NCBI GenBank assembly: GCA_002633005.1
Contig: NMRA01000690.1
Location: forward strand, 1-42,156
Length of the DNA stretch: 42,156 bases
From: Phoronis australis
Lineage: Eukaryota; Animalia; Phoronida
Direction: 5' to 3'
The position numbers were made by a program, and so were the translations under genes. A model generated the notes under the pieces. The model made no database searches. It was given only the letters and a program-made list of their open reading frames with translations, and was not told where the DNA came from. This document shows, piece after piece, positions 1 through 12,632 of this stretch. Position 1 is the first letter of the stretch. Each line of letters begins with the position of its first letter.

Positions 1-440
1 GTGAGGGGCAAGTGATATTGTGTCGGTGGAAATTATTTCTGACCACCTACACTTCAGGAAAAACTGGTATGAAATAGTGACGGATAGTATACGTATCGAA
101 GGCTATTTGTTGTCGCTTGTATGAGTTGATGTAACTGATTACGTAATAAAAATGACAACAGATTACAATTCAACCGTCTGTTATGCAAGAAGGCACGTGG
201 AGACATTTGTAACACAACTCACATGTACATGTACAGGTAAATCCAAAAGTTTACATTCAACATTTTTACAACATTTGCTATACAATTGTGCCTGACATCT
301 AACACGTCACATATCACGTCCCGTAAATGACAACTTAAGCGTTGACAATTGGGTTAAAGACTGTTAGGTTAAAAACCTTTTAACGGCAATTTTAACTGGG
401 CTTTAAACGTCATTAGGAAAAATCAAGGTAGTCCAGCAAT

Positions 441-894
441 TCATCTGACGGCTTGAACGCTCTGCAGCTTTCCCAGTACAGCTGTAGGTGCGAGGTCCAG
501 GACGAGATTCAGGATGTCATCTTTCCGGAGCCAAATCTTGTTTCCTTCGGCTGGCCACATAAACAATCCACTCATTTTACTGGACGGCTGCAAGAAGTTG
601 ACCTCCACAGGCAAGTCGACATCATCTGTTTCCACGACTTGTCCGAGATATCGGCGACCTTCATATTTACAAACAAAATTGCCTTGCTTCACTTACATAT
701 TGACTTCTTTAGTCTCAGCTAACACTCTGTTGGTTTCTTGTCTTCCGACTTTTTGTACTTCTGTCAGTTCTGACACTGGTACGAAATACCCGTAACTCGT
801 TCACTTTCTCTTCTAAGCCATTCGTCACCGAGTTGTGCCTTTTTACGGGCTCTCTAGACTATTCCTTCATCCGCTGAGACTTGGATTTTGGCAT
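441..894 (-). pseudogene. Internally deleted DNA-transposon transposase relic (Sola2-like by inference)
   Basis: From the ATG at 894 the minus strand reads MPKSKSQRMKE*, then after a frameshift RARKKAQLGDEWLRRESERVTG. This is joined to a module FVCKYEGRRYLGQVV...EVNFL...FMWP...KIW...DIL (ORF 441-692). I recognise both pieces as the ends of invertebrate cut-and-paste transposases; the DDE core is missing. Repeated GTCCCGTAAATGA-type motifs at about 318, 1385 (rc) and 1722 look like subterminal repeats. Confidence 0.55.
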
Positions 895-2016
895 TCCGCA
901 ACGCAAACCAAAGTGACAAACTCTAATTAATAGCTATTAAATAAAATAAAAGATGCCATTATTATTTTTGCAAGGTCAGCTGCATTAAAGGAGCTTGCCA
1001 CCCAAAAAACAACCTAATTTGTATCAATTTAGATCGAGTACATGTAGTTCTACTCCATAACGACACGTACGGTTGCGTTACCTGACGGCAGACGGAGGTG
1101 TTGAAATTATCCAAATAGCAGTTCACAACACGGGTTACTGGTGTCAGCTTATCGCATGAAGTCATCGTTTAACACCAATAAATCATCAAACTTCGATGCA
1201 AAACCCTTAAAAATACACCGAGTTCTTATAAAAACATGTTTTTTTTCGCTCTTGCGAATTTATTGGTATTTGGACACGCCGTAGCCTACAAAGTTCGGCA
1301 GGCCAATAAGGTCCGTAGCAGGAGTTTGGGGTGTGTTGGGAGATAATAATTTAATTGAAATGAATTTGAGTGAAAATAGAACAAATCACTTACGGGACAC
1401 TGGATATCATTTACGTGACAATTTTTTACGAGAACTTATCAAGACCAACGTCAAGCAAATTCTAATCAAAGTATGTTTCACAGGAAGCATTTCGTCACTT
1501 CTTCTAGTACGTTAATAACGACCCTAAAACATGTGAATTATAAAAGTGACATTACTGAAAACTTACTCAAAAGTTCTGTTGACTTCTTTTGCGAATATTT
1601 TCAGACAGTACCGATGTCAGCTGAAGCGCACGTGCTCGTTCTTAAAAAATTGACCTATATTCATGTCACACATGCCAATAGTAGGTGAAATTAATTGGAC
1701 TTGACCTAATTATAAAGTTGTCGTCCCGTAAATGAAGGCTCGAAAATGATAAGCAACCGATTTCAAATGCCAATTTTTTCATAAATGTTCGCCAAAAACT
1801 TCCAAAACTGTGCAATGATTTCGCACATTACCATAGCTTTGTAGAGTTATTTTAGTTTCCACATCTTCATTTTAATCAACGCACTATTGTTGAATTTATG
1901 CACGTCTCGTAAATGATTCTAAAAAATTCCACTGCGCTTCTTGAAAAGCAGTACCACACAGCCAATTTCAGATAAGACAAAGGTTTAAAAAATAATGCCA
2001 TTGCCGTTTTTTTGTG

Positions 2017-2190
2017 TATATATAGATTATTACATGGCGAAGTCGTTATCCCCCGTTATTTAGAGCCCGAGTGGATTTTCGAGAATTATCACCCGAGGGG
2101 CGTTAGCCCCGAGGGTGATAATTCTCCAAAATCCACGAGGGCTCTAGATAAGGGGGATAATGACTGAGAACATGTAATAATCTATTTATA
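2017..2190. repeat. ~174-bp imperfect palindrome (hairpin), probably the end of a non-autonomous element running to ~2891
   Basis: ATAGATTATTACATG (2022-2036) pairs with CATGTAATAATCTAT (2171-2185). The inner arms GAGAATTATCACCC/GGGTGATAATTCTC flank a GCGTTAGC centre at about 2100-2107. TTATACCACA at 2186 recurs inverted at about 2881-2890. Confidence 0.85.
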
Positions 2191-2737
2191 CCACATACTA
2201 AACGAGAAACATTGCAATGAATCGATTTACCTTTTCTGACTCTCCACGGCTTTGTCACTACTTTCTATGTCAGAGGCCCGTGGTCGGAGGTCGTGACCTT
2301 TTAAGAAAAGCCTTGCTATTTTTGTCAAATATTGCTTTTACTCAAAACCAATTGAAAACTTAAATATTATAGAAATAAATTGAATTTATAAATTAATGTT
2401 TACCAACTATTATAGCTTAAAACACGTTGTTTTTTTCACGCTAAGCTTCGACCGCCGAGAAATTATCGTCTGCTAAAGTAGGTTATCACTGGTAACTGAA
2501 TAAAATTCTCAAGTCAAAGATCCTGACGACACGATACCTGCATTCAAACTAGAGATCGGTGATTTACAAGTAAAAAGACATGAGAGAAAAATTTCTCGGC
2601 ATTAAGATATCATTTTTATGGAAATTATGTGTCAATTTTTCGTAACGTATAAGTACAGTACAATGCGGTTTGTTGAACGTGCGATTATTGCGCGTGCACA
2701 TTTAAGTATTCTATTTTCACTCTCGATGACGTCAGTC

Positions 2738-2806
2738 GCTGCGTGGTGAAGTGGTAAGGTCGGCGACCACCAATGATAGGGTCCCGGGTTCGACCCCGTC
2801 CTCGGT
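2738..2806 (+). mobile_element. tRNA-derived SINE head or tRNA pseudogene
   Basis: A-box-like TGGTGAAGTGG and B-box GGTTCGACCCC at tRNA-like spacing; no clean cloverleaf. Confidence 0.5.
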
Positions 2807-3446
2807 TTCCCGCCAAATCGTTACTAGTGACATAAATGTATGGGTTATTACACGGTTGTATCTGTCATTTGACGCTAATATTGTGGTATAATACAAATTG
2901 CGAATTCACTAAAATATCTCTTGAAACTTTTTTTTTCAAAAAACACGCCAATGAGGTCTCGTAAATGTTTTGACATTTGGCTTCACTCAGTAAACATGGT
3001 GGTAATTGAAATTTATTTTTTGTTGATAAAAAACGTTGACTTTCTCTTTAAATATGTCTCGATGAATTTCCAAAACGCAATTATTCGTTTCGATTGGAAA
3101 AATTATTATAACAAACGAGAGGGTGTTTCTACTTTGTCGTTTTTTCAGCTTCACGCAATTTTATGGAACCCTAGGCTACATGGTGCATTGTGACACCTAC
3201 CATGTAAACTGTAGCCGGTCATAAGACACAGCACCCACGTTAGACATGTTATTCTTTATTTTAAAGGTCTTTTGACGTTGTTTCATTACTTCGGACATTC
3301 TCTGTGGTGAGCTGAACATTGGCTTCAGCATTTGTCGCGATTCATTGAGAATGAATGAATGACGGCATTGCTTTGGAAATCGTCTAAGTTAAGAGAGTAT
3401 TGCGAGTTTCTGAGTGATCCACTAAGGCTTCGCTTAAAATTCACAT

Positions 3447-3607
3447 CTTACCTGCATATTCTGTCTTTTCATCGTCACCCAGGTTCCATTTTCTTTAAAT
3501 AATGAAGTGAATTTTCTTCATTGCACAGTGGAGCAGACGACGGAAACGGAGTCGCAGTGCGCAGCGCCACTGCCGGTCGCCTGGGATATCGCGGGAGAGC
3601 CTATATA
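3447..3607 (-). promoter_or_regulatory. Candidate TATA promoter and first exon of a minus-strand gene
   Basis: Minus-strand TATATAG (3607-3601), a GC-rich leader, a possible ATG at 3472 giving MKRQNMQ, and a consensus donor CAG|GTAAG with the exon ending at 3452. No downstream exon was identified. Confidence 0.35.
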
Positions 3608-6058
3608 CTTAGCCTTAGTTCCGTTACGAATGCGCCGCGTTCCGAATTTGACATTTCAAATTGGATTTGAGCCCCAAAACACTAAAATTGCACACATTTA
3701 AATCTTTTTTCATCTGTATAATTTTAATTACCGGGGTTTATTAATAAACTCAACATTTCCCTACGCTCTTACTGTTTTATTTTTTTTGCGGCAGCCAAGG
3801 GGGGGACCGGGCTCCCCCTACCTAAATCCGCCTATGCCTAAAGCATTAATTAACCCAAGGCGTGGTTCCTGAAGAAGCAGTCTTAGCCTACTGCTCTAAA
3901 AACTAAACTTTCAGCAAAGATTTACCGATGAAATTCCGACTCACGGTGATTGGACGGCTACTGATTTTTAGGCTCCATTGTAGGTCATACATGTAGTTTT
4001 AATCTGTGTCGTCATAATTGGTCAGTTGCCTACACGGCGTCCCCAACAAAAACTGGCACAAATCTAATTCAAATCAACAACGATGTGTTATTAATGCATA
4101 AGTTATAATTACACTGAGAACCTTAGATATTTACAGGAAATCGCGACCTAATATCGAGTATGTGTTCTTGTTGACAGAATCGTCTGTTTGCAGCGTTCCT
4201 CGACTCTCCTTTACTGTTACCATAAAATCTGTTTTCCGTGATACTATCCTAACCTCATGTTCTTCGAATCATCACAGTTTCCACAGTTACTTTCCGGTGC
4301 TGTGATCAACACTGGGAAATATTTGTATCACGGCTTTCATTCCACAAGTCAAGAAACGAAAATAGGCCGAGAAAACTAAGAAATTCATTGAAGCTAGAAC
4401 AACACACTGCAGTACGACCGTTCAGTTTACGTTTTCGAACAGTTTTCATGTTCACGGATGGATTGTTTCGAAACTCCGACGAACTTTTCATATTATTGAA
4501 TGGTTCGATGTTTTCACATGTACATTTCACATACCTGTACTGAATATTCTTAAGAAATAAAACTATCAGTTATTCAATATCAAAGAAAATCTTGTCATTC
4601 AACTGGCGCATGTAGGCGTGCCATATAACAAACCAAAGCACGTGGCAACAGGATATCGCCGCTATGCATTCAAGTTCATAAATATGGGATAAACAGACTA
4701 TCCTACATACATAGTGCATGGATAGTACTGCGATATCCTGTCTTGAATTCATTTCATCTGGGAATTTATGATATGACATGGCTATAGTATCAATATGCAA
4801 ATGTGTTCTTATAAGCCACAGTATTTCTTTGGATGTAGGGGCCGCGGCCAGTCGATATTTTGCTTGTGTTTTCTGATAACTAGCCATGATCTGTGCTATC
4901 ACAATTCATAAAATATTAACTGACCAAACCAATCCACGACAGTATTGGATTAAATAATAAAACGAAATGCCATGTGTTGCATAGATTACAATACAATGTA
5001 GATTGCATAGGATTGAAATGATGTGTTTCTTCAGAAAATTTAAAACTGAATGGTCTCGTATTCAAATATACTAAGCCTTATTGGTGGGAATTTGTTTGGA
5101 ACAGTATGCACTGACAAGTTCGAAGTTTTTGAATGCGTTGTGCATGACAGAGATCAGAAGTCATATCAGCAGAACTATACATTCGGTCTTTTATTGTACT
5201 TTTACAAAATTATATGCATTTCAATCTAGTATGTAGTTGGGAATAAGCAAGCCAGGTATTTCATAATATACTTTAGTGGCAGACATAATTATATCTTTAA
5301 GAGAAAGTGAAATTACAAATGACCTAAACTCGAAAGACGATTTTATTGTTTAAATTTCTAATTCTTGAATTCTCATACGAAGCAACCAATCACGTTTAAT
5401 ATCAACGGAACAGGGGTTTGGAAATAGCAGTAGGCCCAGATTGTGGTTTCAGATACTTAAAACTGATCCAAATCTAGTGGCAGGTTTGAGTACAGCAGAT
5501 GTCTTGGCATCCATTTTTGGATTTTCAAAAATGTCCTTACCACCGTTCACATAACTGTAAACCGGGTAATTGGCTGATCATTTAACTAATTAGTCCAACA
5601 TTTAGCGCAAAATATCAACTATTTTAGGGTATAATAGTAAGACAAAGCCATCAAATCGCTAATTACCGGCCACAGCACAGGAAATAACACAACAAGAGAG
5701 TGAGTTAATGAACGTTTAATTACGGAGGTTTGTTGGCAATTTCTTGGTTACGGCTTTGATACGCCGTAAAATGTAACAGCCGCTACATTTTACGGCATTG
5801 TTACATTTTACGTTTCTTGGCCTCTCCTAAAGTGTAACAAGTTGTTACATTTTATATAATTTTTACAATTTGCGTCGAATGCACATCCGAGAAATATGTC
5901 ATTATTACATTTTATGAAAGCGACGTCATATTTCATGAGTTTGCAGGGGGTATTTGTTACAGGGAGAAAAACGGTTCACACACTAACGGTTTCTTTCGTG
6001 GATTGTTTAAAAAAATTCTGCCAAATGTGCTAGATCGAATTTAATGATGTGTCCCTAT

Positions 6059-8501
6059 TAGTCGGAGGGCCAGATCTCATAGCGTTCATCCTTTGTGAGT
6101 ACTTTGGGGGGGCAACCTAGTTTTTTCTATGTGGCTAGATAATATACCTATAAATCAAATTCCAAAAAGTTCCCACGTCTACACTTGCACATTTTTTTTA
6201 AAAAAGGTGTTTTTGTTGCACAAAATATGATGCACATTCCTGCCACTTGATGGCGCTTTTCTAGTGAATTGACCAATCAGAGAGCCAGATTGTATTGTTG
6301 TGCTTAGTTACTTCAATATGGCTGCTCCCATGGAGTGTGATGCCTGTATAATTCAAGGTTTATCAAACAGCACAAAATTGTGATGTCAGAGCCTAAAGAA
6401 GCTTAGGAAAGCTTCCTGACCAAAGCTGATTGACTGTGGAACTCTGTAGATCAGTAGATAAAAAGGAAGAAGAGGTGTCACAAACGTTTGTGCAGAAAAC
6501 AGCTGCATGTCCTGGTAGCCTACACAGTATACTGCTGAGTGCTGTAGACTAGAATACCAAGTGTCAGACCAAACAATTGAAAGGACATAGAACAGCATAG
6601 CAACGTTTCAAAGCACCAACAGTAGTACTAAAGCTGAAGTTGGTGAAAATGATACAGATGTTATCCAAGATTTCCCAAGAAAATCAATTATACTTCCAAA
6701 ATCTGAAACACCCAATAAACCTGAACAAGATAGGAACATTCTGAAACATGAGTGCATCATTTGTTAGTAGGAAAAGTACATTATGGGCCACATTTCAAGA
6801 AAGAGAAAGATGTATAGCTTTCAAAAACAGGTACGTGTTTTTTAAAAATACATCTTGGTGTTTTCCATGTGTGATTCAGTATTATCACCAGTTGTTTTTT
6901 AACTTGTTCAGCCCCTTGGCTGCCTAGGCCTTAGACAATACTGCTGACCCAGTAGAGACGATGATCATACCATATATAGGTACTTCATATACCGGATACT
7001 TTTCGGCAAATTATGTTCCTATAAGTTTAGAAGTACCGCGTAGAGAGATGCCTCTGAGGAGGTCGTTAATGTTTTCATTTGTTCCCAGTTTAAACAAATA
7101 CTCCTGCAATCCTGTTTTTCGAACACTCCATTCAGTTGCCACATCGACACTGCTTGCGCTAAGGGATAATCCTATGGCGTTATACTGTGGGTGTGATTTT
7201 AAAGCACTTTAAGTCTAAAATTTTTGAGAAGGTTAAATGGAGTAGATAGTTGCAAACAACATGCCCAAGTGGCCGTCATCCCCTGCCGTAGTCTCAATTT
7301 TTTGTAAACATTAATTACTTAGGTAGCAGCTGCAATGATAATTAAATTAAAGTGCCTAAGTGGCCATCGTCGCCGTCGAAATTTGAGGACGATGGAAGCC
7401 ACTGTCCATTTCGTCAAACGTCGATTACCTTAAGTGTAAATCGATTGACTATGGTTTGAGCATCTGATTTAAAAAAAATTAAATTTCAATCACTGCACAG
7501 GTATATCAGCTGATTTATTTTCAGCTGCATCTACTGATCTAATTATTAGACGATCAACATTATTAGGCTACAGATCAAACGGCATGTAAATTTGTTAGGC
7601 TGGTGGTGGATCAGCTCCTGATACGTCCGTCTGAAAAAGTTGCATGCCAACTCACTCATAGTTGAATGTTAAATTAGTGTTAACAGTTCGGGTTTTTTTC
7701 AGTTGGACTTGTATCGCAAGCAACAGCTCAGTCCAGAGCCCTGAATATGCAAATGAAATTCAAAGATAAAGACCTTGTGTCTTAGAAGCCAAGTACCACA
7801 GATCATCATGCTGTAAAAAAGAGAAAGACAAAGATTGTGGAGAGTGACGAATCCCCAGTTTTCAGAGATGTTTTTCTACAGTTTTGTTTGGAGTTCATTG
7901 AATCAAAGCTTCTAGCACATGGAGATGTCATTTGCCTTTCAAAAATAAAGCAAGACTTTGAAGCTGTTCTTCAGAAAGCTGGTGTGCATGAAGTTATTTG
8001 GACAGGCAATCTTAAGAAATATTGTTGAAGCTACTCACTGTTGTAGTTTGTGCCTGACTAAGAGATACGAAAGTGAATTGAGGCTAGTGTTCAATAATTC
8101 ACTTGCTGACTCTAATTAACACAGCCCATTGTAACATATTTTGAATCAAACGTTTGCCCAAATAGTGCCCGCCTCCAAACAAGGACTTAGTGTTTGACCC
8201 TTCATTGCCTGCGGGCTAATCACCAGTGTGCAGTGCTGTACCCTCTCTAATCGACCATAGTTGGCTCCTTGGCGGTGGAGCTTTGCAGCTAATATGTATG
8301 GCAATGACCGCATCTCCATTGACAGTACTAAACGATGAACACTGCAAGTGCAAAAAGAACATGTGTGCTGGGAAACTGAGTTTGTGCTGCACTGCTGGGT
8401 CAAACTGTACATGTACAGAAATGTGCAGCTGTGACAACTGTAGTAACATCAGCAACACTGACTGCATAACATTGGATAGTTCTTTGACAAGTCAACCCTA
8501 A
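6059..8501 (+). mobile_element. Decayed Academ-like DNA transposon (copy A)
   Basis: Terminus TAGTCGGAGGGCCA at 6059. Protein remnants: ECIIC (~6750), DLVS.EAKYH (~7770-7800), the FLQFCLEFIESKLL segment (ORF 7837-8028) and a C-terminal Cys cluster CKCKKNMC...CTEMCSCDNCSN (ORF 8226-8501), resembling the Cys8/CXC finger of Academ transposases. Many stops; the right end was not found. Confidence 0.6.
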
Positions 8502-9387
8502 CCACCTTGATAGAAAAATCACCCGCTTTAGTCCACGATAGTTTGATTTATTTCAGCCAACTTTACTGCCTTGAAGTCATCGCTAATGCAGTAATTCCCC
8601 TACTCCACATAAAAGGAGCGAGATCAAAATTCCTGATGCCGACAGCGAGCACACACGTAAATATACATGGGGAAACAGCAAACTATATCAGAGAAATAAA
8701 TATGTCATTGGGGTCCGTCCAAGAATTTCTTGTGGTTAAAATATTCATTTCTCTACACCATTATAATCGATGATTTCCGTTTTGGCAACTCCTAAATTTG
8801 GTTGATTTTTATCCTTCTTTTATATATGTGTAGTTTCCTAAGATCAAGCATTAAATTACACATTTGAGACCTAACAGATTGTTCAAAATACATCTTTGGG
8901 CGTTACCTCTATCTGTTTTTGACAAATCCGTTCACTTATCTTCACCCAATTAAGAGACTGAACAATATTGCAAAAACCAGTACAGACGGAACAGGTTCTC
9001 TGACTCATTCTCGCGGAAAAATCAGTCATCAATTGGTAAAATTCCAATCTTATCAAGATAAGTATTGGTACTAAATTTTCTGTGGGACCACATTAATTTG
9101 GTGTCCCAAAATCGCTGGGTCAATCGGTACACTTCAAGGTCATTCGGTAGATTTTAAACGCGAGTCTTTATGTTTAGAACTCAAAAATCCGCAGAAGTTC
9201 AATTTCCCAAAATTTCTTCTGTCACGTCGTGAAAATTTTGAGGCCTTAAGTCCATGGTTCGCTTGAAGTCATTGTTGTTGAAGTGAGTAGGCGGATTTGC
9301 GTATCACAGGCAACGCAAGCATATTAGTTGTTGTTATCTACAAACGACGTACTGGCACTTAGCTAAGCATGTACTGTGTACTGTCGT

Positions 9388-9750
9388 TAAATAATTTCAA
9401 TAATAATGATAATAATAGTAATAACATAATGATTATAATAGTAATAATAATTTTTTATAATGTTTATTACGAAAGCTTCTATACAATGAATATACATGAC
9501 CCAGAAAGCGCCAAGAGGCGTTATATCTGGGTTAAAAAAGTACAAAGAAATCTACAATACAATTATTTTACACCAATACATAAAAAGAAATCTGTATACA
9601 ATTATTTTTTCACAAATACATAAATTAAAAAACTGTTGCTAAGATTACAATGACATATGAATACGAAATTAAATAAATCATTTTCATACACATTTATACA
9701 ATTCTATCCACTCACACAAAGAGATTTAATATTATAAAGGAATTTTCACA
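9388..9750 (-). mobile_element. Probable 3' end of a non-LTR retrotransposon with an AAT-repeat tail
   Basis: Degenerate (AAT)n run at about 9390-9450, next to a stem-loop ACCCAGA..AGCGCC/GGCGTT..TCTGGGT (~9499-9532) and a U-rich UTR-like tract on the minus strand. Confidence 0.4.
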
Positions 9751-12632
9751 CTACTTCGAATAAAACCCTATTTTCATTTGGGTTGAGTTATTGACATCCA
9801 TACAGAAAAAAATGTACACTTGCGAAATTTCAGAATATTTTTTATAAATATTGGGATATTCTTCGAGTGTCTGGAAAAGCTGTACCCCCTGCTCCTTGCA
9901 TACTTCACAAGTACCAGGTGGGTACACAAAATACCAAAGGGGATAAAGTATAATACACAGTACCATACACGTGACTACCAACTGGGCGATACAATACTGA
10001 GAACGCAGGTTCCAAACTGGCTGAGTGAGCAGACCTACTTTGTGTGGTAAAGTTTTTAACAATTTTCTGGCAGCCTGAGTGAGTAGTCATTACTGTCGCT
10101 ATGTGGGTACACATACATTTGTAGCCCAGGCAGGTATGAACAAGGTTGTGTTGTGGTACACTTATTGCCACACGGACAAGGTTGATCGTGGACGATCAGC
10201 CCCGTCCACCCACTCGATGAATGTGCCTAACAATATCCCTAATTTTTATAATTATTAATACTGTAATTATTTTTTATAATTTATATAATTATCTTTAGCA
10301 TCATCACCATTATTATGATACTTCTGTTTCTATTACTGTTATATAAAAATCCTTCAGTAATATTCCAGGAAGCTATTTCCATTCTTGACGCCTAGACCGG
10401 AAACGATCATGTGGAGCGTATTACATAAATGAAAATGGAAGCAACAAAAGCTGTCTACTGTGTTCGGTTTCGCTGTATAAGTTTTCTAACTTTTGCATCA
10501 ATATAAAAGTAAGTGTAACCTCTGATTCCAATCGTTGTCAGTACACACGAGATTTGCAAAGCGGTGTACACGTGATGGTTACAAAGAGTCTCGTTGGCAA
10601 GTCTGTTTATTTACATGCAGTCAAATATGTACAGACGCTGTATTCCTCTGAGATTTCGTTCCGTGTTACAACCCGGGTCAGGGAGAAATCTTTCCGACTT
10701 AACTTCACGTAGTGTGACCAACACTTGTCGTATATTCTCATAGAGTTCGATTAGTTTTACTTTTTACCAATCTGCCATTATAGTTGGCTCACCTGAACAT
10801 GTCTCTTTAGTAAAATTTATCAGGAAAATAAACGTACGTTGATGAGCTGACTAAGAATACTGCTCGAAATCCTTGGCCGGAGCAATCAATATAAACTTGC
10901 GTCTCAGTGAATTCAACAACGTTGCGGTCTGTCTCAAGTTGCTCCATCAAAATTGCTGCTCTTATGAAACACAGTTCGCTTTCTTTGCTTCAGGACCCTG
11001 GGTGCGTATTCAGATTTTAAACATGAAGAGCGTTGATGACGCTGGCCATCACAATGCCATTGACAACATGTTGGATTTTGTTTGAGTGAACTATCACGAT
11101 CTTTTGTCGATGGTTTTGACTCTACCAGTGGCACGATATAGGGTTGAATGCACAAACGAACAAAAATGTAACCGTTTAAATGGTTACAGTTTACTCCGGC
11201 AGTAGAAACCTATGGAAATTCCATGCACACGTCACCGCCCGCTCAGCGACACGGCCGTTTCCCGGTCGGCGAAGAGCTGGATAGAAAGCACTCACTGTCA
11301 TCATGGATAGTGTCAACCAGTGCTGTCGGCTACAGGCCGGGACCTTGTAACGGCGAACCTGGGATGCACACCTAGCTAGGATGCCAGTGCACTGCGGCGA
11401 GACAGCTTGCAGTAACTTCGCCTTAGTGTTGTATGGTTGGCCAACACTGCACTTTGCACTACTGCTACTGAAACCGACAACAATGGCCGCAAAAACGGTG
11501 CATTTAGCGGGACTTAGAAAAAATTCAAAGGCCTACTGTATTTCTGAAACCGGTAACAATGGCCGATAAAGGGTGAGTTTCTCAGGAATTCTATTTTTTA
11601 AATTCAAAGGCCAGCCCGGGGACGTAGCCGTGGACTGCATCGGGCGATCGAGAGGTCACACTGGAGCTTCCACACCGGCCAGCTTGCGCTAATTTCAATT
11701 TCGGGATGTATGATTGCCGAGGTTGATTCAATGTCCTCGGCCGAGCGGCAGGATTTGGCTGTCCCCTCCCACTCCCCTCCCCCCGCTTCGCAAACTGAGA
11801 CGTCTATCAGAAGCCGACAACAATGGCCGACGATAAACAGTGCTTTTCTCGAAAGTGGGTGTCTGAATCTGAACGGGTATATCTTCTATCATTACCTTGG
11901 TAGCTAAACCTTATTGCATCTACGTCACTCAACCACAACAATATACATGTACGTAAGGTGGTACTGAATAGTTAGGCTGTGGCCACGGCCAATTTGCACT
12001 GCCACAATATTAAAATTTTGGGGTAGGCCAAGTTTGGGGGCATTTTGTGGGTGGGCATTGCATGTACAGTAGGCACAGTGAATGCGGTTTGTTTGTATTT
12101 GTGAACATGCTGAGAATGAAAAAAGGCCACTTTCTCCGCGGCTGTAGCTGCACTCTTCTTCAAGATGGTGACCCCCTGTTGCAATTGTGAATTGCTGTGT
12201 AGCAACTGAGAAATTGGCCGCCATTTCAGGTAGCCCTCAAACAAGCCAGATTTAAAAACAAACTAGTGGGTTGACAGTACTTTTGTACCACATTTTTAGA
12301 ATAGGTAGGAAATTTGCTTTCGCAATCTAATGTTGGCTTTAGTATAGCATCGGCAGGGAAGTGGTGATTTTAGGGTGAAAAGTGCCGATTTTGCATTTTT
12401 TGCCCTTATTTTTCTTAGTTCAGCTTGGTTTCCACTGGGAATGAAAGGGTCAAAAATACAAGAAAGTACGAAGTTTCTGCGCTCATCTGTAGGGCTTGTG
12501 ATGTGAAATGACTCAAAACTTTTCTTTATTTTCATGCAGTTTTTGACAGAGTGAACAAAGGGTGAAGAGTCCATTGACGTGTGTTCTGATAGCCAAATCC
12601 CTATGAGAACTGTTCAGTGCCTCCTAAGCCAT

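Noticed and set aside
4306-4902. Minus-strand ORFs of 74 and 110 aa
   Set aside because: No recognisable domain and no consistent splice frame.
6242-6257. CTCF-like motif GCCACTTGATGGCGCT (similar at about 28600, 28766 and 41160)
   Set aside because: Short matches, at least partly inside transposon sequence; function cannot be supported from sequence alone.
8226-8501. Metallothionein or toxin-like Cys-rich ORF
   Set aside because: No signal peptide or true ATG, and it lies collinear at the end of an Academ-like transposase relic, where a Cys cluster is expected.
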